A stretch of DNA of 64,000 nucleotides from Halobacteriales archaeon (lineage in GTDB: Archaea; Halobacteriota; Halobacteria; Halobacteriales; Hikarchaeaceae). Every line of letters begins with the position of its first letter. Position 1 is the first letter of the stretch. The stretch covers positions 723-64,722 of the forward strand of contig JAXHME010000022.1 of assembly GCA_034521615.1 (NCBI GenBank), given 5' to 3'. The position numbers and the translations under genes were made by a program. Below the pieces are notes generated by a model. That model was given only the letters and a program-made list of their open reading frames with translations. It did not search any database and had not been told where the DNA came from. Of this stretch, positions 31,561-40,236 are shown in pieces.

Positions 31561-33657
31561 ATGGTCGTGCTGACCGGCCTGTTCGCGCCCGACCGGGTAG
31601 CCGTCGTCGGCGCTACGGCCCGGGAGGGCTCGCTGGGCCGCGCGCTCATGGAGAACCTGCTCGCGGACTTCGAGGGCGAGCTCGTCGCGGTCAACCCGAA
31701 CTACGACGAGGTGCTCGGGGTGCCATGTGTGGGGTCGATCGGCGAGACCGAGGACGTCGACCTGGCGGTCGTCGCGGTCCCGGCGGCGGCCGCGGTCGCC
31801 GTCGTCCGGGAGGCCGCGGAGGCCGGCATCGAGAACGTCGCCGTGATCACCGCTGGTTTCGGCGAGACGGACGAGGCGGGCGCCGAGCGCGAGCGCGAGC
31901 TCGTCCGGATCGCCGCCGAGCACGACCTCAACCTCGTCGGCCCGAACAGCCTCGGCGTCATCGGGACCGCCGTGGGCCTCAACGCGACGTTCGCGCCGAT
32001 CAACCCCCAGCCGGGCTCGCTGTCCTTCCTGAGCCAGTCGGGCGCCGTCGTCACGTCGGTGCTGGACTGGGCCGAGGACGAGGGCATCGGCTTCAAGGAC
32101 GTCGTCTCGCTCGGGAACAAGACCGTCCTCGACGAGGTCGACTTCATCGAGGCCTGGGAGGCCGACCCGGACACCGACGTCATCATCGGCTACCTCGAGA
32201 GCGTCGCCGACGGGCGGGCCTTCCTCGATCGCGTCGGCGAGGTCACCCGGTCGACGCCGGTCGTCCTGCTGAAGGCCGGGCGGTCGGCCGCCGGCGCCCA
32301 GGCCGCCGCCTCGCACACCGGCGCCATCGCCGGCAGCGAGCGCGCGGTCGAGGCGGGCCTCCGGCAGGCGGGCGTGCTCCGGGCGCGGTCGCTGCTCGAC
32401 CTCTTCGACATGGCCCGGGCGCTCGCGGGCCAGCCACTTCCCGACGCCGACGGGGTGGCGGTGGTCTCGAACGCGGGCGGGCTGGGGGTGCTCGCCACCG
32501 ACGCGATCGCCGACACCTCCCTCGAGCTCGCGAGCCTCGGCGACGACACCGCCGAAGCCCTTGAGGAGGTGCTGCCCGAGACGGCCGAGGTCCACAATCC
32601 GGTGGACATCATCGGCGACGCGGACGTCGCCCGCTTCGCCGGGGCGCTCGACGCCGTCCTCCCCGACCCCGCGGTGGGCGCCGCGGTCGTGCTCTCGGCG
32701 CCCAGCGCCCTGCTGGACTTCGACGGGCTGGCCCGCACCGTCGCCGAGGCCCAGCGCGAGCACGGGGTCCCGGTGGTCACCTGCCTGATGGGCGGCGATC
32801 GCGTCCGGTCCGCCGAGCGGCTGCTGCGCGACTGTGGGGTGCCGAACTACCCGGACCCCTCACGGGCGGTGCGTGGCGTCGAGGCGCTCGCCCGCTACCG
32901 GGCCGTCCGGGCCCGGCCCCCGCCGGAGCCGGCGCCGTTCGACGTCGACCGGGCGCGGGTGCAGGCCGTGCTCGACCGGGCGGCCGACCGGGGCGTCAGC
33001 ACGCTCGGCGTCGAGGCCATCGAGGTGCTCTCGGCGTTCGGCGTCCCGACCGCGGCCGGCGAGCTGGTGACCAGCCCGTCGGCGGCCGAGGCGGCCGCGG
33101 CCGAGCTCGGCGGCCCGGTCGCCCTCAAGATCGTGAGCCCGGAGATCTCCCACAAGACCGAGGTCGACGGCGTCGCCGTCGGCGTCGAGCCGGCCGACGC
33201 CGCGGCCCGCTACACCGAACTCGTCGAGCGGGTCGAGGCCCACCGGCCCGACGCGGCGATCGAGGGCGTCCTGGTCCAGGAGGGGCTCGACCTCGAGGCC
33301 GGCGTCGAGACGCTCGTCGGCATCACCCGGGACCCCCAGTTCGGCCCGCTGGTGGCGTTCGGCCTCGGCGGCATCTACGTCGAGGTGTTCGCCGACGCCG
33401 CGGTCCGGGTCGCCCCCGTCGACGCGCCGACGGCCCGCGAGATGACCGAGGAGCTCACCGCGGCGCCCATCCTCCGCGGCGCCCGGGGCAAGCCGGCCGT
33501 CGACCTCGACGCCGTGGTCGAGACGGTCCAGCGCGTCTCGCTGCTCGCCGTCGAGTTCCCGGCCATCCGCGAGCTCGACGTGAACCCGCTGATCGCCACG
33601 CCGGACGGCGTCGTGGCCGTGGACTTCCGCGCCACGCTCGACCTCGACCGGGTCTGA
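31561..33657 (+). CDS. acd: Acetate/acyl-CoA ligase (ADP-forming), fused alpha-beta
   Basis: LVGPNSLG, SQSGA, SHTGAIAG (phospho-His), NPVDIIGDA, ATP-grasp HKTEVDGV, ELDVNP. Confidence 0.9.
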   Translation: MVVLTGLFAPDRVAVVGATAREGSLGRALMENLLADFEGELVAVNPNYDEVLGVPCVGSIGETEDVDLAVVAVPAAAAVAVVREAAEAGIENVAVITAGFGETDEAGAERERELVRIAAEHDLNLVGPNSLGVIGTAVGLNATFAPINPQPGSLSFLSQSGAVVTSVLDWAEDEGIGFKDVVSLGNKTVLDEVDFIEAWEADPDTDVIIGYLESVADGRAFLDRVGEVTRSTPVVLLKAGRSAAGAQAAASHTGAIAGSERAVEAGLRQAGVLRARSLLDLFDMARALAGQPLPDADGVAVVSNAGGLGVLATDAIADTSLELASLGDDTAEALEEVLPETAEVHNPVDIIGDADVARFAGALDAVLPDPAVGAAVVLSAPSALLDFDGLARTVAEAQREHGVPVVTCLMGGDRVRSAERLLRDCGVPNYPDPSRAVRGVEALARYRAVRARPPPEPAPFDVDRARVQAVLDRAADRGVSTLGVEAIEVLSAFGVPTAAGELVTSPSAAEAAAAELGGPVALKIVSPEISHKTEVDGVAVGVEPADAAARYTELVERVEAHRPDAAIEGVLVQEGLDLEAGVETLVGITRDPQFGPLVAFGLGGIYVEVFADAAVRVAPVDAPTAREMTEELTAAPILRGARGKPAVDLDAVVETVQRVSLLAVEFPAIRELDVNPLIATPDGVVAVDFRATLDLDRV

Positions 33658-33709
33658 GCGCCCGGGGCGAACGCCACCGTTTTAGCGTCGCCGGGCGCGT
33701 AGGCGAAGC

Positions 33710-34000
33710 ATGGCCCAGGTTCGCCGGCTCGTCGTGGACGTGCTCAAGCCCCACGACCCCCCGCTGCTGGAGTTCGCCGACTCGCTCGCCGACCTCGACA
33801 GCGTCGAGGGGGTCACGGCCACGCTCGTCGAACTCGACGAGGAGGTCCAGAACGTGAAGCTGACGTTCGAGGGCGAGGACGTCGCCTTCGACGCCATCGA
33901 GTCGGCGGTCGAGGGGCTCGGCGCGGCCGTCCACTCCGTCGACGAGGTGGCCTGCGGGGCGTACATCGTCGAGGACCGGGACACGCCCCAGGACGGCTGA
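33710..34000 (+). CDS. DUF211-family protein
   Basis: RRLVVDVLKPHDP...VHSVDEV..G signature. Confidence 0.85.
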   Translation: MAQVRRLVVDVLKPHDPPLLEFADSLADLDSVEGVTATLVELDEEVQNVKLTFEGEDVAFDAIESAVEGLGAAVHSVDEVACGAYIVEDRDTPQDG

Positions 34001-34004
34001 GGCC

Positions 34005-34586
34005 GTGCCCTCGATCCTCCGCCGGCTGCGACGCCTGCTCGGCAAGGAGGACGTCCAGGCCATCTCGCGGCGCTACTTCATCTCCAACGGCTTCGACGGC
34101 ACGCTGACGAGCATCGGCGTCATCGTCGGCGCGGTGCTCTCGGGCGTGCCCGACGGCCTCGTGGTGGTCAAGATCGGCCTCGGCGCCGCCGTCGGGCTGG
34201 GCACCTCCGCGGTCTGGAGCGTCTGGGAGATCGAGCGCGCCGAGACGAAGGCCGAGATCCTCCGGATGGAGCGCGCGATGCTCACCGACCTTGACGACAC
34301 CCGCATCCAGCGCGAGCAGAGCGGCGCCCGGCTGCTCCACGCCGTGATGAGCGGCCTCGGGCCCCTCATCGGCGTCCTGGTGCCCCTGACGCCGTTCCTG
34401 TTCGAGGGCTCCGCGTTCACGATGGTCCAGGCGGCGGTGATCGCGGTCGCGCTCGGGGTCAGCGTCCTCGGGGTGTTCGGCGCCTACATGGGCTCGATCT
34501 CCGGCCAGCGGTGGTACGTGGCGGCCGGCCGCATGGGCCTCGCGGGCCTCGTCGTGGCCGTCATCAACGTCTTCCTCCCCGGCTGA
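34005..34586 (+). CDS. VIT1/CCC1-family membrane protein
   Basis: RRYFISNGFDGTLT; multiple TM segments with a cytoplasmic ERAE segment; 4 bp after DUF211. Confidence 0.8.
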   Translation: MPSILRRLRRLLGKEDVQAISRRYFISNGFDGTLTSIGVIVGAVLSGVPDGLVVVKIGLGAAVGLGTSAVWSVWEIERAETKAEILRMERAMLTDLDDTRIQREQSGARLLHAVMSGLGPLIGVLVPLTPFLFEGSAFTMVQAAVIAVALGVSVLGVFGAYMGSISGQRWYVAAGRMGLAGLVVAVINVFLPG

Positions 34587-34636
34587 ACCCGCCCCGAAGC
34601 GGGCGCGTTTATGGGTCGCCCGCCCCTCCGGCCGGT

Positions 34637-36115
34637 ATGGAGTTCGTGGCCGAGGAGATCGACATCGGCACCCGGACGCCGACGGTGCTGGTGCATTCGG
34701 CCGACGTCGAGGAGCTGGGCGCCCACCCGCTCGACCGGGTGCTGATCCGCCACGGCGACCGCGTGGCGGTGGGCATCGTCGAGGTCACCGACGAGCTGGT
34801 CGACCGCGGGACGCTGGCGGTGACCCGGCCGCTGGGCCACATCGAGGGCCAGGTCGACGTCACGCTCGCGCCGCGGCCTGACTCCGCCGAGTACATCCGC
34901 AAGAAGCTCGACCGGATCGAGCTCGAGGCCGGGGAGATCGGCGCGATCGTGGCGGACATCAACCGGGACCGCCTCAGCGACGTCGAGCTGAGCTCGTTCG
35001 TCACGAGCCTCTACACCAACGGGCTCTCCCGGGCGGAGATCGGCTCGCTGACCCAGGCGATGGTGGACGCCGGCGAGACGCTGTCGTGGGACCGCGAGGT
35101 GGTCGCGGACAAGCACTCCATCGGCGGGGTCGCCGGGAACCGGGTCACGCCGGTGGTGGTCTCGATCGTCGCGGCGGCCGGGCTCACCATCCCGAAGACC
35201 TCCTCGCGGGCGGTCACGTCGGCGGCCGGGACGGCCGACACGATGGAGGTGTTCTGCGACGTCGCGTTCGACACGGCCGAGCTGCAGGCCATCGTGGAGG
35301 CGACCGGTGGCTGTCTGGCCTGGGGCGGGGCCGTGAACCTCTCCCCGGTCGACGACAAGATCATCCGGGTCGAGACGCCGCTGTCGCTCGACCCGCCGGG
35401 GCAGCTCATCGCGTCGGTGCTGTCGAAGAAGCGCAGCGCCGGCTCGACCCACATCGTGATCGACATTCCGTACGGCGAGGGGGCGAAGGTGGCGAACCTG
35501 GGCGCCGCGCGGGAGCTCGCGGAGGACTTCGGCCACGTCGGCGAGCAGCTCGGCCTGCGGGTCGAGTGCGCGCTCACCCGGGGCCACCAGCCCATCGGGC
35601 GGGGCATCGGGCCGGTGCTCGAGGCCCGCGACGTCCTGGCGGTGCTCGAGGGGGAGGGCCCGGCCGCCCTCCGGTCGAAGAGCCTCCGGCTGGCGGAGAT
35701 GCTGCTCGCGGCCTGCGAGGCCGAGGCCTCGGCCGAAGCGGTGCTGGACGACGGGCGCGCGCTGGCGAAGTTCCGGGAGATCATCGCGGCCCAGGGCGGC
35801 GACCCCGACGTCGCCAGAGCGGACCTCGAACCGGGCGAGGAGACCGCCGCCGTTCGCGCGGAGGCCGACGGCGTCGTGCGCCACGTCGACAACCGGCTGG
35901 TGAACGGGACCGCCCGGCGGGCGGGCTCCCCGAAGGACCGGCGGGCCGGCCTCGAGCTCCACCTGGGCGTCGGCGACGAGGTGGCGGCCGGGGACCCCCT
36001 GTTCACGGTGCACGCCGAGACCCGCTCGAAGCTCGAGGAGGCGCGCGAGTTCGCCGCCGACCGGCCGCCCGTGCGGGTCAACAGCGCCGACGAGACGGTC
36101 GTCGAGCGGTTCTGA
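34637..36115 (+). CDS. AMP phosphorylase (thymidine phosphorylase family with N-terminal extension)
   Basis: DKHSIGGVAGN, IPKTSSRAVTSAAGTADTME, WGGAVNLSPVDD, ASVLSKK; about 80-aa N-terminal domain typical of archaeal AMPpases. Confidence 0.88.
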   Translation: MEFVAEEIDIGTRTPTVLVHSADVEELGAHPLDRVLIRHGDRVAVGIVEVTDELVDRGTLAVTRPLGHIEGQVDVTLAPRPDSAEYIRKKLDRIELEAGEIGAIVADINRDRLSDVELSSFVTSLYTNGLSRAEIGSLTQAMVDAGETLSWDREVVADKHSIGGVAGNRVTPVVVSIVAAAGLTIPKTSSRAVTSAAGTADTMEVFCDVAFDTAELQAIVEATGGCLAWGGAVNLSPVDDKIIRVETPLSLDPPGQLIASVLSKKRSAGSTHIVIDIPYGEGAKVANLGAARELAEDFGHVGEQLGLRVECALTRGHQPIGRGIGPVLEARDVLAVLEGEGPAALRSKSLRLAEMLLAACEAEASAEAVLDDGRALAKFREIIAAQGGDPDVARADLEPGEETAAVRAEADGVVRHVDNRLVNGTARRAGSPKDRRAGLELHLGVGDEVAAGDPLFTVHAETRSKLEEAREFAADRPPVRVNSADETVVERF

Positions 36116-36206
36116 CCCGCGGTCGGAGGCCGGCCGATGCGGCGGTGGCGGGCCGTGGGCCACTACCTTTAAACGCGTCACCCCCCTCGGTTGACCTGAC
36201 TGTTCA

Positions 36207-36797
36207 ATGGCTGCCGCCAACGCTCCCCAGGTGCTCGTCGTCGAGGACGAGCCCGACCTCGCGGACCTCTACTCGGAATGGCTCTCCGACGCCTACGACG
36301 TCCGCGTGGCCTACGAGGGGAAAGCCGCCCTCGAGGAGCTGAGCGATGCGGTGGACGTCGTGCTGCTCGACCGCCGCATCCCGGATCTACCGGGCGACGA
36401 GGTGCTCGAGCAGATCCGGGCCCGCGGGTTCGACTGCCGGGTCGCGATGGTCACCGCGGTGACGCCCGACGAGGACATCGTCGAGATGGGCTTCGACGAC
36501 TACCTCGTCAAGCCCGTCTCCCGGGAGGACCTCCACGAGGTGGTCGAGCGCCTGCTACGCCGCAGCACTCACACCAAGGACGTCCGGGAGTTCTTCTCGC
36601 TGGCCTCGAAGAAGGCGGTGCTCGACGCCGAGAGTTCGGCGACCGAACGCGAGTCCAGCGAGGCCTACCAGTCGCTCGAGGCGGAGCTCCGCGAGATGTC
36701 CGAGTCCATCGACGCGACCCTCGAGGACCTCGAGCACGACGACTTCGAGGTGCTGTTCTACGACCTGCAGGACGAGGCCGCCACCGACCCCTCGTAG
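36207..36797 (+). CDS. Response regulator with HalX domain
   Basis: VLVVEDE...VLLDRRIPD...MVTAV...DDYLVKP; C-terminal FSLASKKAVL. Confidence 0.9.
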   Translation: MAAANAPQVLVVEDEPDLADLYSEWLSDAYDVRVAYEGKAALEELSDAVDVVLLDRRIPDLPGDEVLEQIRARGFDCRVAMVTAVTPDEDIVEMGFDDYLVKPVSREDLHEVVERLLRRSTHTKDVREFFSLASKKAVLDAESSATERESSEAYQSLEAELREMSESIDATLEDLEHDDFEVLFYDLQDEAATDPS

Positions 36798-36807
36798 GTT
36801 ACTGAGT

Positions 36808-37443
36808 TCACTCCAGCAATCCCGGTAGCGAGCGGAGCGTCCCGACGCCCTGCTCGTCGCGGGTGAGGTGGACGAACCGCATGCCGGTCGCCTCGGCGAA
36901 CGCCCGGTCGGACTCGGTGTCGCCGACGTACACTGCGGGGGCCGCGCCGTCCAGCTCGTCGACCAGCTGGTGGTACATGTGTGGGTCGGGTTTCAGGCGG
37001 CGGAGGTCCTCGAGCCCCTCGGCGCGGCCGATCTGCCCGTCGAACAGGTCCTCGTAGCCGTAGCCCTCGACGAACGCCCGGACGACCCGCTCGGGGGAGT
37101 TGCTGATGACGTGCAGGTCGTGGCGGTCGGCGAGGCCGTCGAGCGCCGCCACGTCGTCGAACGGGGCCAGTTCCCCGGATTCCATCGCCGCGAGCTTCGC
37201 CTCGACGTAGTGGTCGTTGCGTACCTGCCAGAGCCGCTCGGCCGGCAGCCCGAGCTCAGCTGCGGCGGCCTGGATCCGCTCGACGGTTGGGGGATAGAGG
37301 GCCTCGAGCGCCTCGTCGGTGGGCTCGACCCCGAGCGCCTCCAGGGCGTCAACGAGCGCGCGGTCGAGCCAGCCGAGGTCGCTCTCCGAATCCAGGAGGA
37401 CGCCGTCGAGGTCGAACGCGAGGTGCATCGGGGAGTTGGCCAC
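36808..37443 (-). CDS. HAD-superfamily hydrolase
   Basis: FDLDGVLLDS, ISNS, KPDP, YVGDTESD. Confidence 0.9.
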   Translation of the reverse strand: MANSPMHLAFDLDGVLLDSESDLGWLDRALVDALEALGVEPTDEALEALYPPTVERIQAAAAELGLPAERLWQVRNDHYVEAKLAAMESGELAPFDDVAALDGLADRHDLHVISNSPERVVRAFVEGYGYEDLFDGQIGRAEGLEDLRRLKPDPHMYHQLVDELDGAAPAVYVGDTESDRAFAEATGMRFVHLTRDEQGVGTLRSLPGLLE

Positions 37444-37478
37444 CCTACTGGGTCGCCGGGCTTAGCCGCGTCGTCCGC

Positions 37479-38567
37479 TCACGTCATCGGCCCGCCGGCC
37501 GCCTCGGGGTTCGCCCGGACGTAGTCGACGAGCGTCCCGAGGTAGCTCGACAGCGGCGGGCAGCTGACGTCGGCCTCCGCGAGCGCCTCGACGGTCTTCG
37601 AGGCGTCGTACCGCGTCGGGAGGTCGAAGTAGTCGATCAACGCCGGCTGGACGCCCGTCGCCCTCGCGAGACCGGGCGTCGCCTCGAGGGCGCCCTTGAG
37701 GAGCCAGCGCGGGAGCCTGATGCGGACGACCCGCTTGTCGAGAACCTGGCTCAGGTCGCGGACGAACTCGTCGACCGTCGGCGGCGCCGGATTCGCGAGC
37801 TGGTAGGTCTCGCCCACGGCCTCGGGTCGGCGCCGCAGCACGTCGATCGCGTCGATGACGTGGTCCCGGGGGACGACGTTGAGCTCGGTCGCCGTTGGAT
37901 CGCCGACCAGCGGCGCGACCGCCACGCCCGGCTGACGCAGGAGGAGGCGGATCACCTGGTAGGGCCCGTCGTACTTCCGGGTCGCGCCGGTCTCGCTGTC
38001 GCCGACGACGATGCCGGGCCGGTAGACCGTCGCCGGCAGCCCCCGGGCCATCGCGTGGCGGACGGCGACCTCCGCCTGGAACTTCGTCGCCTCGTAGTGG
38101 TTGTTGAACGTTTGGCCGACCAACAGGTCGTCCGGGCCGAAGCGACCGTCGTACCGGCCGCTGACGTAGCAGGTGCTGACGTAGTGCAGGCGGTCGAACG
38201 ACGGCGCCCCCTCGAGGAACTCGAGGACGTGCCGGGTGCCGTCGACGTTGACGCGGGTGGCGAGCGTCCGGTCGACCCCGAGGTCGTAGACGGCCGCGAG
38301 GTGATACGCCTCGGTCGTTTCGGCCTGGAGCCCGTCGTAGCGATCGCCGAGCCCCAGATCCGGTTCGACGATGTCGCCGCCGACCAGCTCGATCGCCCCC
38401 GCGGCGCCGTGGGCGGCCTCGATCTCCTCGGCCCGGTCCTCGGCGAGCCGGCGATAGCGGGGCTGGACCAGACAGGTCAGCTCGGCCGCCTCGGGGGCCT
38501 CGGCGACGAGCCGATCGACGAGTGCCGAGCCCAGGAAGCCCGGAAATCCCGTGACGAACGTCGTCAT
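37479..38567 (-). CDS. Extended SDR, thioester-reductase / male-sterility-like
   Basis: ATG at 38567. TGFPGFLG, HLAAVYD, VNVDGT, YVST, YEATKFQAE, RPGIVVGDS. Confidence 0.85.
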   Translation of the reverse strand: MTTFVTGFPGFLGSALVDRLVAEAPEAAELTCLVQPRYRRLAEDRAEEIEAAHGAAGAIELVGGDIVEPDLGLGDRYDGLQAETTEAYHLAAVYDLGVDRTLATRVNVDGTRHVLEFLEGAPSFDRLHYVSTCYVSGRYDGRFGPDDLLVGQTFNNHYEATKFQAEVAVRHAMARGLPATVYRPGIVVGDSETGATRKYDGPYQVIRLLLRQPGVAVAPLVGDPTATELNVVPRDHVIDAIDVLRRRPEAVGETYQLANPAPPTVDEFVRDLSQVLDKRVVRIRLPRWLLKGALEATPGLARATGVQPALIDYFDLPTRYDASKTVEALAEADVSCPPLSSYLGTLVDYVRANPEAAGGPMT

Positions 38568-40150
38568 CGAAGCCCCCGGGGGAGCCGGCGCAGCAGCCGG
38601 AGCCCCGCGGTCGTCAGGCGGACGAACCGCGTGGGCGGCAGCCACCGCGAGGGGGCGAACGGGTGGTAGCGCTGCTCGGCGATGGTCTTGCCCTGGGTGT
38701 ACTTCAGGAGCCCCTCCCGGCCGTGTCGTCGCCCGATGCCCGAGTCCTTCATGCCGCCCATCGGCGCGCCGACGGTCCCCCAGGCCGTCGCGTAGGCCTC
38801 GTTGACGTTGACGGTCCCGCAGTCGATGCGCTCGCCGACCGCCCGGCCCCGGGCCCGGTCGGCCGTCCAGACGCTCGCGTTCAGGCCGTACGCCGAGTCG
38901 TTGGCCCTCGCGACCGCCTCGTCGACATCGTCGAACGGCTCGACGGTGACCACCGGCCCGAACGTCTCCTCTCGGGCGACCGCGGTGTCGGGCGGCACGT
39001 CGGTGAGCACGGTCGGCTCGTAGAAGGTGGGCCCGAGCTCCGGCCGGCGCTGGCCCCCGGTGACGACCGTCGCGCCCGCCTCGACCGCCTCGGCGACGTG
39101 GGCCTCGACCTTCTCGAGCTGGGCCTCGTCGAGCAGGCAGCCCATCTCGACGTCGTAGCCGAAGCCGCCGCCGAGCTCGAGCGATCCGACCCGCTCGGCG
39201 AACGCGTCGAGGAACGCGTCGTGGAGGCCCGACTGGACGTAGCAGCGCTCGAAGGAGATGCAGAGCTGGCCCGCGCTGGAGAAGCAGCCCCGGACGGCAC
39301 CCTCGACGGCCGCGTCGAGGTCCGCGTCGTCGAGGACGACCAGCGGGTTCTTCCCGCCGAGCTCGAGCGAGCAGTCGATGAGGTTCTCCCCGGCCCGGGC
39401 GGCGACCTCCCGGCCCGTGGCGGTGCTCCCGGTGAACGAGACGTAGTCCGAGCGGTCGACGAGCGCCGGGCCGACTTCCGGCCCCCGGCCCGTCACGACC
39501 TGGAACAGGTCACGCGGGATGCCGGCCTGCCGACAGAGCCGGACCGCCGCCAGCGCGGTGAACGGCGTCTTGTCGTCGGGCTTGAGCACGACCGCGTTGC
39601 CGGCCAACAGCGCCGGCAGGGCGTCCGAGACCGCGAGCGTGAGCGGGTAGTTCCACGGCGCGATGACGCCGACCACGCCGTAGGGCTCGCGGGAGACGGT
39701 CGCCCGCATCATCACCGGCACCGTGCCGTGGACGCGCTCGGGGGCGAGCAGCGACTCGAAGCGGTCGGCGTAGTGGCCGGCCGTCCCGGCGACGTCGAGC
39801 ACCTCCTCGTAGGCGCGGATGCGCGCCTTGCCGGTCTCGAGCTGGATCAGGTCCAGCAGCCATTCCCGGCGGTCGAGGACGAGCTCGATCAGCCGCTCGG
39901 CGGCCGCCCGGCGTTCGGCCGGCGCCCGCTCGCGCCAGGCCGACTGTGCGGCCCTGGCGCGCTCGAAGGCCGCGTCGAGGTCGTCGGACGTGGCCGCGGG
40001 GATCGAGCCCACCGCCGCACCCGTCGTCGGCTGGTGCACCGCGATCTCGTCCCGGCCGTCGTCGGTCGGCACCGAGAGCTCCCCCAGGAGCCCGTCGAGC
40101 CGCTCGGCGTCGACCCGCTCGGGCCAGCGGGGCGCCGTCGTGGTGGCCAT
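38564..40150 (-). CDS. Aldehyde dehydrogenase (succinate-semialdehyde dehydrogenase-like)
   Basis: PWNYPL, FTGSTATG, LELGGKN, GQLC, EETFGPV, GGMKDSGIGR. Confidence 0.9.
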   Translation of the reverse strand: MATTTAPRWPERVDAERLDGLLGELSVPTDDGRDEIAVHQPTTGAAVGSIPAATSDDLDAAFERARAAQSAWRERAPAERRAAAERLIELVLDRREWLLDLIQLETGKARIRAYEEVLDVAGTAGHYADRFESLLAPERVHGTVPVMMRATVSREPYGVVGVIAPWNYPLTLAVSDALPALLAGNAVVLKPDDKTPFTALAAVRLCRQAGIPRDLFQVVTGRGPEVGPALVDRSDYVSFTGSTATGREVAARAGENLIDCSLELGGKNPLVVLDDADLDAAVEGAVRGCFSSAGQLCISFERCYVQSGLHDAFLDAFAERVGSLELGGGFGYDVEMGCLLDEAQLEKVEAHVAEAVEAGATVVTGGQRRPELGPTFYEPTVLTDVPPDTAVAREETFGPVVTVEPFDDVDEAVARANDSAYGLNASVWTADRARGRAVGERIDCGTVNVNEAYATAWGTVGAPMGGMKDSGIGRRHGREGLLKYTQGKTIAEQRYHPFAPSRWLPPTRFVRLTTAGLRLLRRLPRGLR

Positions 40151-40236
40151 CTGCCGCGCCAGTTCCGCCGGTGCGGACGTAAAGGCTCGCCCCGGCGGGC
40201 GGGCGAACGGGAGAACCGGACTGGCGGGCGTCCTGC

